Positions 57,987-64,000 of a stretch of DNA of 64,000 nucleotides are shown piece after piece. This DNA is from Bacteroidales bacterium (lineage in GTDB: Bacteria > Bacteroidota > Bacteroidia > Bacteroidales > GWA2-32-17). Made by a program: the position numbers and the translations under genes. The stretch is from the NCBI GenBank assembly GCA_026416095.1, contig JAOAFV010000010.1:22896-86895 (forward strand), read 5' to 3'. The notes beneath the pieces were generated by a model. The model was not told the DNA's origin. It did not search any database and saw only the letters and a program-made list of their open reading frames with translations. Each line of letters begins with the position of its first letter. The first letter of the stretch is position 1.

Positions 57987-60900
57987 ATGAAAAAGATTTT
58001 TATTTTAAGTTTTTTTAATTTTATTTTCTTTTCAGGTAAATCACAAGCGTGGTTGAAAATAAACGATAAAACAAATTATGATGTTAATATTGAAATAGTA
58101 GAAGCAAAAGGTATTAACAAGCAAACTGTATTGAAATTTACTCTTAATGCCTATAAATTAACCGATGTAAATATTAATGGTAAAACATATAAAAAGTTAG
58201 ATGCCCCCGAAAGTGCTAAAATGTTGAAAGAAGGGGCCCCTGAATTACCTTTTTATACAAATTCGTTAATTATTCCCGATGTAGATGAAATGGAATTAAT
58301 AGTTAAAGATTATAAATACTTCGAAGTAAGCGACATTCTAATAATACCTTCAAAGGGAAACTTACTAAGAACAATAGATCCAAAAACAGTACCATACAGA
58401 TTTGGTATTGAATACACTCAAGATGATTTCTTCCCTTATACATTAGGATACTTAAAAGAACCTTATATATTAAGAGATTTTAGAGGACAAACGCTTGTAA
58501 TATATCCATTTCAATATAATCCTGTAAAAAAAATACTAAGAATATATACCGAAATTGTTTATGAAATTAGAAGCACAAATAAAGAAGGTACAAATGTTTT
58601 GGTACGAAAAAGTCCTCTTACAGGAATCGACGAAGAGTTTAGAAAAATTTACGAAAGACACTTTATAAATTTTAATGTTTTAACAAAGTATACTCCTTTA
58701 AGCGATTTACCTGGAAAAATGCTTATTATTTGCTACGACAATTTTATACCATACATAGATGCCTTTGTAAAATGGAAAAAAACAAAAGGAATACCAGTTG
58801 ATGTAGTAGGTGTTTCAACTATTGGAAATAATGTAAACAACATAAAAAATTTTATAACAAATTATTATAATAATAATGGTTTAACATATTTGTTAATTGT
58901 TGGAGATTTTTCACAAGTTACTTCTCCAACTGCCATTATAGGAGGTGTAAATGGTGCAAAAGATAATGAGTATGGGTATATTTTAGGAAACGACAGATAT
59001 CAGGAAATATTAATTGGACGATTTTCTGCAGAAAGCCCAGCAGATGTTCAAACTCAAGTGGATAGAATAATACAATATGAAAAAAACCCTACTACAGGTA
59101 CTTGGTTGCAAAAAAATGTTGGAATTGCATCTGCTGAAGGGCCAGGCGACGATAACGAGTACGATTATCAACACATACGAAATATCCAAACAAAACTCAT
59201 GAACTTTACCTATACCACAAAAGTAGAATTATTCGATGGGAGTCAAGGCGGGCTAGATGCTGCAGGTAATCCTACAGCTAATATGGTAACTAATGAAGTT
59301 AACCCTGGTACAGGATGCATTTTTTATTGTGGGCACGGTGGAGAAACACAATGGGTAACAACAGGATTTTCTAACTCTAATGTAGCGGCTTTAACAAATG
59401 CTTACAAATTACCTTTTATTTATTCTGTTTCGTGTGTAATTGGCCATTTTAACGAAGGGACATGTTTTTGTGAAGCATGGATGAGAGCAAAACAACCGTC
59501 AGGTCCAACTGGAGCAATAGGAATTATGGGATCTACAATAAATCAATCATGGAGTCCTCCAATGGAAGCTCAAGACGAAATGGTTGATGTTTTAATTGGT
59601 ACTTATGCTAATAATATAAAACGTACATTTGCAGGTGTGGGGGTAAATGGGCTTTTCAAAATGAACGATACTTATGCAGATTACGATATGACCGATACAT
59701 GGACAGTATTTACCGATCCAAGTGTAGTTTTAAGAACAAAAAATCCAATAAATTTAAATGTAAGTCATGTAACTGAAATTACTGCAGGAACATCCACTAT
59801 CGATATCTACTGCAATGTGAATGGCGCTTATGTTGCAGTAACTAAAAATTACCAGATTCTTGGAACTGGTTATGTTAATAATGGAATAGCAACTATTACT
59901 TTAAATCCAATCCCACAAAATGTTGGTGATACTCTTGTAGTATGTGTTACTGCATTTAATTATATACCACATATTGGCAACATTATTGTAATTAATAATA
60001 ATATACCTATCGATGCAAATTTATTTTCTATTTTAGTACCATCGGGTACCTTTTATTGCAATAATATTAGTGTTGCACCTAAGGTCATACTTAAAAACAG
60101 CGGACTAAATAATTTAACTTCAGTTACAATAAATTATAAAATAGATAATGGAAGTGTAGTATCGTACAATTGGACAGGAAATTTAATACAAAATCAGATG
60201 GATACTGTTTTATTACCACCATTTAATTTAACTCAAGGGACTCATACATTTTACTGCTATTTAACTAACCCAAACGGCACTATTGATGGTTACCCAGCAA
60301 ACGATTCCAAAACAATAAATTACACTGTAGATACATCAGGACTTGTTATAGACTTTTCGGCAACGCCCTTATCTACATGCAATCCTCCTTTAACTGTTCA
60401 GTTTAATAATTTATCTACAAATGTTTCAAGTTTTACATGGGATTTTGGTGATGGAACAACAAGTACACAAACTAATCCGTCTCATACATATACTCAAATG
60501 GGACAATTTACTGTAACTTTAACAGCTAATGCTGGAATTTGTGGTGATGTGAGTATAGTTAAACAAAATTTTATTACTGTTGGTGCACCTCTTCCAATTG
60601 CTAACGACGTTTATGTTTGCAGAGGAAACGATGCTCAAATAAATGCAACAGCAAATGGTACAATTACATGGTATACTTCAAGTAACTCACAGACTCCTTT
60701 CTATATAGGTAATACTTATACCTTACATAATGTGAACAACGATACAACATTCTGGCTTGTTAATACAACCGATTCAGTAACTTACACAAATGGTGGAAAT
60801 ACACAATCTAACACTAATGGTGGTTATCTTAATAGCACAATAGCACATTACCTTGTGTTCGATGCATATCAACCGTGTTTGCTTAAATCTGTCGAAGTTA

Positions 60901-61721
60901 ATGCAAATGGTACAGCCAATAGAACCATACAGTTAAGAGATGCAAATGATAATGTATTGCAAAGTATTACAATAAATATACCTAATGGAATAAGCCGTAT
61001 AAACTTGAACTTTAATATTCCACAAGGTACAAATTTAAAATTAGCTGGTCCAGCAAATTGTAATTTATACAGAAATAATAGCGGTTGTCAGTATCCTTAC
61101 AATATTGGAGATGTTATTTCAATAAAATATAGTTCAGCGACAACTAACCCAACTGGTTATTATTATTATTTTTATAAATGGGAAGTAGTTGCTCCAGGCT
61201 GTAAAAGTGCTTATACTCCTGTGAATGTTTTTATTAGTGAGCCAGAAATATCGTATAGTGTTATTAATGAAACAGGAATAGGAATATCAGATGGTGCTAT
61301 TACTCTACAAGTTAATGGAAACGCTCCTTTTAGTTATGTATGGAGTAACGGAGCAACTACACAAAATATTCAGAATATATCTGCTGGTGATTATACAGTA
61401 ACCGTTACCGATATATATGGATGTACTGCAGTTAATACAATAACTGTACAATGCTTGAACATTAACAATAACCTTAATAATAGTGACTTGTACATTTACC
61501 CATCATTGGCGTATAATACTCTTATAATTTCAGGTTTTAAAGAAAGCATGGGCAAAATAAATATTTACAATACAACAGGTAAGAAAGTTTATTCTTTCCA
61601 GTTCAGTAACATTAAAGAACCAAAAATAGAATTGAATATAAGCGAATTGAGAAAAGGAATTTATCTTTTAGAATTTTGTAGTGAAACTATCAACACAAAA
61701 AAGTATTTTGTTAAGTTGTGA
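57987..61721 (+). CDS. peptidase C25 (gingipain-like) T9SS cargo with propeptide, PKD and SprB-type repeats
   Basis: 1244 aa. Propeptide-like N-terminus (EGAPELPFYTNSLIIPD). His context IFYCGHGGETQW (His codon 59334..59336). Cys context FIYSVSCVIGHF (Cys codon 59433..59435). PKD domain around 60345..60560 (WDFGDGTTS). SprB-like repeat (DGAITLQVNGNAPFSYVWSNG...YTVTVTDIYGC). C-terminal CTD. Confidence 0.85.
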   Translation: MKKIFILSFFNFIFFSGKSQAWLKINDKTNYDVNIEIVEAKGINKQTVLKFTLNAYKLTDVNINGKTYKKLDAPESAKMLKEGAPELPFYTNSLIIPDVDEMELIVKDYKYFEVSDILIIPSKGNLLRTIDPKTVPYRFGIEYTQDDFFPYTLGYLKEPYILRDFRGQTLVIYPFQYNPVKKILRIYTEIVYEIRSTNKEGTNVLVRKSPLTGIDEEFRKIYERHFINFNVLTKYTPLSDLPGKMLIICYDNFIPYIDAFVKWKKTKGIPVDVVGVSTIGNNVNNIKNFITNYYNNNGLTYLLIVGDFSQVTSPTAIIGGVNGAKDNEYGYILGNDRYQEILIGRFSAESPADVQTQVDRIIQYEKNPTTGTWLQKNVGIASAEGPGDDNEYDYQHIRNIQTKLMNFTYTTKVELFDGSQGGLDAAGNPTANMVTNEVNPGTGCIFYCGHGGETQWVTTGFSNSNVAALTNAYKLPFIYSVSCVIGHFNEGTCFCEAWMRAKQPSGPTGAIGIMGSTINQSWSPPMEAQDEMVDVLIGTYANNIKRTFAGVGVNGLFKMNDTYADYDMTDTWTVFTDPSVVLRTKNPINLNVSHVTEITAGTSTIDIYCNVNGAYVAVTKNYQILGTGYVNNGIATITLNPIPQNVGDTLVVCVTAFNYIPHIGNIIVINNNIPIDANLFSILVPSGTFYCNNISVAPKVILKNSGLNNLTSVTINYKIDNGSVVSYNWTGNLIQNQMDTVLLPPFNLTQGTHTFYCYLTNPNGTIDGYPANDSKTINYTVDTSGLVIDFSATPLSTCNPPLTVQFNNLSTNVSSFTWDFGDGTTSTQTNPSHTYTQMGQFTVTLTANAGICGDVSIVKQNFITVGAPLPIANDVYVCRGNDAQINATANGTITWYTSSNSQTPFYIGNTYTLHNVNNDTTFWLVNTTDSVTYTNGGNTQSNTNGGYLNSTIAHYLVFDAYQPCLLKSVEVNANGTANRTIQLRDANDNVLQSITINIPNGISRINLNFNIPQGTNLKLAGPANCNLYRNNSGCQYPYNIGDVISIKYSSATTNPTGYYYYFYKWEVVAPGCKSAYTPVNVFISEPEISYSVINETGIGISDGAITLQVNGNAPFSYVWSNGATTQNIQNISAGDYTVTVTDIYGCTAVNTITVQCLNINNNLNNSDLYIYPSLAYNTLIISGFKESMGKINIYNTTGKKVYSFQFSNIKEPKIELNISELRKGIYLLEFCSETINTKKYFVKL

Positions 61722-61743
61722 AAAATATTATTAGATATTAAGT

Positions 61744-62886
61744 TTACTTAGAACCGACAAGCCTATCAATGAAAAGAATTCCATTAAGGTGGTCAATTTC
61801 GTGTTGAAAAATAACAGCTGTAAATTGATATGCTTGATAACCATAAACAACTTCAGAATAATGTTTACCATCTAATAAATCGTATTCTATTCCAATAGAA
61901 GGCCAACGAATTGTTTTACCACTTTGATTAGGTATTGATAAACAACCATCACCATTAAATTGAATTGTATTTTGAGTAGTTAAAACAATTTTTGGGTTTA
62001 AATAAACTTCGAAAGGTTGACCTGGTTTATCCATCCTCTTTACCCAAATAATATTTCTGTTAATACCAACCTGCGGTGCTGCTATACCAACACCTTGCGA
62101 TAAGTCAAGTGTTTTCTTCATTCTTTTTATCAATCGAATTAATACAGTATCATTAGTGTCGGGATAAACATCTATACTTTGTTTTCTTAAAATTAAAGAA
62201 TCGTTATAATTAGTTATTAAAAGAATTCGCATTTTTTCGTTTTCGCCACCAGACATAATTAAATCTATTTCCGATTGAGTAAATTTATATGGATTAGGAT
62301 AATCCAATATTGTCTTGCCATTAAAGTGATCGAAATGATGCTGTATGGAATACGATAATTGACCTTCAAATGTTTCGGTAAATTCTTTACCTTCCAAGTC
62401 ATAATATTTAACAACTATTGTATAATGCCTATAAATGGGGGTAGGTATATCATTTTGATTAGTAATGCATAATTCATGTACTTTTACTTGTGAAGATGAA
62501 AAATATGTTATTTGGGGATTAATTAACTCTTCAATCGGAGCACCTGTTTTATCTACTCTTTTTAAAACTATAATTTTTCTGTTTATTCCTACCTCAGGTG
62601 CACATAATGAGATAAAGTTAGGTTGTGATTTTAATGTTTTTATTAGTCTTAATGTTAAGATTTTAGTTGTATCATTTAATAATTTTACATTTTTAGATTT
62701 TTTCTTAAGGGCTTCTGAATTGACCGGAATAATTTGCATGGGTGTAGTGGTATCTCCATTAAAAATAATATTCCTTTCATTTGCAGTGTAAAATAAAGTA
62801 TCTTTATAAAAACTTTCATTTATTTTTTTGCAATTGTTCAGTATAAAAAAAAATAAAAAAAGGGAAAAACTTAAAATTAACTTCAT
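61744..62886 (-). CDS. tandem two-domain peptide deformylase-like protein with N-terminal signal/lipoprotein-like peptide
   Basis: 380 aa. The C-terminal domain has all three PDF motifs (GIAAPQVG, DGCLS, QHEIDHLNG at 61780..61806). The N-terminal domain has SLCAPEVG, ELCIT and QHHFDHFNG (62317..62343). N-terminus is MKLILSFSLFLFFFILNNCKK. Confidence 0.8.
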   Translation of the reverse strand: MKLILSFSLFLFFFILNNCKKINESFYKDTLFYTANERNIIFNGDTTTPMQIIPVNSEALKKKSKNVKLLNDTTKILTLRLIKTLKSQPNFISLCAPEVGINRKIIVLKRVDKTGAPIEELINPQITYFSSSQVKVHELCITNQNDIPTPIYRHYTIVVKYYDLEGKEFTETFEGQLSYSIQHHFDHFNGKTILDYPNPYKFTQSEIDLIMSGGENEKMRILLITNYNDSLILRKQSIDVYPDTNDTVLIRLIKRMKKTLDLSQGVGIAAPQVGINRNIIWVKRMDKPGQPFEVYLNPKIVLTTQNTIQFNGDGCLSIPNQSGKTIRWPSIGIEYDLLDGKHYSEVVYGYQAYQFTAVIFQHEIDHLNGILFIDRLVGSK

Positions 62887-62891
62887 TTTTA

Positions 62892-63455
62892 TTACAATGT
62901 TAAAAGTTCTTTTTCTTTGATACTTAGTATTTTATCTATCTTTTCTATGTACTGATCTGTAAGTTTTTGAATTTTCTCTTCACCATTTTTTATTTCATCT
63001 TCTGAAATACCATTTTTTTTAAGTTTTTTTAAACTTTCATTGGCGTCTCTTCGTATGTTTCTTATGCTAACTTTAGCTTTTTCTGCTTCGTTTTTTACCT
63101 GTTTTACAAGCTGTAATCTTCTCTCTTCGCTAAGGGGCGGTATTGGGATTCTTATTATTTCACCATTGTTTTGTGGAGTTAATCCAATATTTGCCTGTAG
63201 AATAGCTTTTTCAATTGTTTCAAGTACACTTTTATCCCACGGATGTACAATAATAGTTCTTGGATCTGGTGTTGCAATATTTGCAATCTGATTTAATGGT
63301 GTTTTAGTGCCATAATAATCTATGTAAATACCATCGAGCATATTTGGCGACGCTTTACCAGCTCTTATCTTTAAGAGTTCATTTTCTAAAAACTTTATAA
63401 CCTTATCCATCTCTTCTTTTGTTGTGTCGTAACATATTCGTACTTCTTCAATCAT
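62892..63455 (-). CDS. frr: ribosome recycling factor
   Basis: The Frr pattern runs throughout (...LLKIRAGKASPNMLD..., ...RNIRRDAN...). I prefer the ATG at 63455 (MIEEV..., 187 aa) over the ORF-track TTG at 63476. Confidence 0.9.
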   Translation of the reverse strand: MIEEVRICYDTTKEEMDKVIKFLENELLKIRAGKASPNMLDGIYIDYYGTKTPLNQIANIATPDPRTIIVHPWDKSVLETIEKAILQANIGLTPQNNGEIIRIPIPPLSEERRLQLVKQVKNEAEKAKVSIRNIRRDANESLKKLKKNGISEDEIKNGEEKIQKLTDQYIEKIDKILSIKEKELLTL

Positions 63456-63501
63456 ATTTGGTGGTATTTTCAACAAAATTATAACATATTTAGTTTTTTT
63501 G

Positions 63502-63509
63502 CAAATTTA
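63502..63509 (-). promoter_or_regulatory. candidate -7 promoter box (TAAATTTG on minus strand) for frr
   Basis: Minus strand reads TAAATTTGCAAAAAAAC, about 45 nt upstream of the frr ATG. Confidence 0.4.
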
Positions 63510-64000
63510 ATTACTCGACATACAATTAACTTAAAACTTTGGATAAAAAAGAGAAACAACATTTGTGAGATATTATTTAATATTTTAAAAAATTTGGCTT
63601 TAATTTTAGATTACTAAATTTCAATAAAAGTAATTTTTTTTGTCTACTTGTAGATTAAAAAAATATATAGACAGTAGTTTGGATTTTCGTCAATATAGAT
63701 GTAAAAAAGAATTAAGAAACTTTAATAAGAATAGAAAAATTTGAGAGCGATAATAGAAAATGAAAAAAATTTAGGTAGAAATGTGTTTTAAAGATTAAGC
63801 AGTTTTGACTAAAAATTTATTAGAAAAAGCACGGCCTTTTGAAAGAATATTAACAGTATCGTTTAAAAAATGTATAAGGAATTAAATTTGTCGGTTCTCT
63901 TTTTAATAGCAAGTCACTTCTTCATTAACATTAGGTTATTTTTAGAGTTAGTTTAAGGTGTATGCTATTTAATTAATGTATCGAGTGAGGGTACAAAGAT

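Noticed and set aside
1-64000. Whole-window scan by eye for CRISPR arrays, IS or transposase and integrase genes, tRNA/rRNA genes, phage modules and toxin-antitoxin pairs.
   Set aside because: I saw no direct-repeat/spacer periodicity, no terminal inverted repeats flanking an ORF, no recombinase-like translation in the ORF track, and no GC-rich cloverleaf-like islands. The only GC-rich intergenic island is the cobalamin riboswitch. The YwqK-like MORN protein has no adjacent toxin partner.

Overview
A densely coding, very AT-rich chromosomal segment. Several signals point to Bacteroidota. There are multiple type-A T9SS C-terminal sorting domains and three gingipain-like C25 peptidases. The conserved yceD-rpmF-plsX-fabH block is present, and a TAnnTTTG(-7)-type motif recurs upstream of many genes. 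I found no rRNA, tRNA, CRISPR array, transposase, integrase or phage genes. The content, in order: (1) a Wzx/Wzy-type surface polysaccharide locus (about 0.7-9.4 kb). (2) A housekeeping block (aspS, suhB-like, mtaB, yebC, rpoN, pyrH, rsmI, fabH, plsX, rpmF). (3) A truncated cyanophycin-synthetase-like gene followed by isoaspartyl dipeptidase and aspartokinase. (4) A four-gene operon on the minus strand behind a clear cobalamin riboswitch; it encodes a BtuB-like receptor, a beta-propeller protein and two T9SS-sorted proteins. (5) rplY-pth, lepA, and a 1.6k-aa C25-family surface protein. (6) hutI, a secreted EEP nuclease, an ABC-2 exporter pair and a Ppx/GppA gene. (7) An exported-protease neighbourhood with a PepC-like C1 peptidase, a MORN protein and two tandem gingipain-like T9SS cargos. 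It also holds an unusual signal-peptide-bearing, two-domain peptide deformylase whose N-terminal copy has lost the catalytic Glu. The items I consider most worth follow-up are the riboswitch-controlled B12 locus with T9SS cargos, the degenerate CphA2-like/IadA/LysC cluster, and the exported tandem deformylase. All functional calls come from motif and family recognition by eye. No database search was run.
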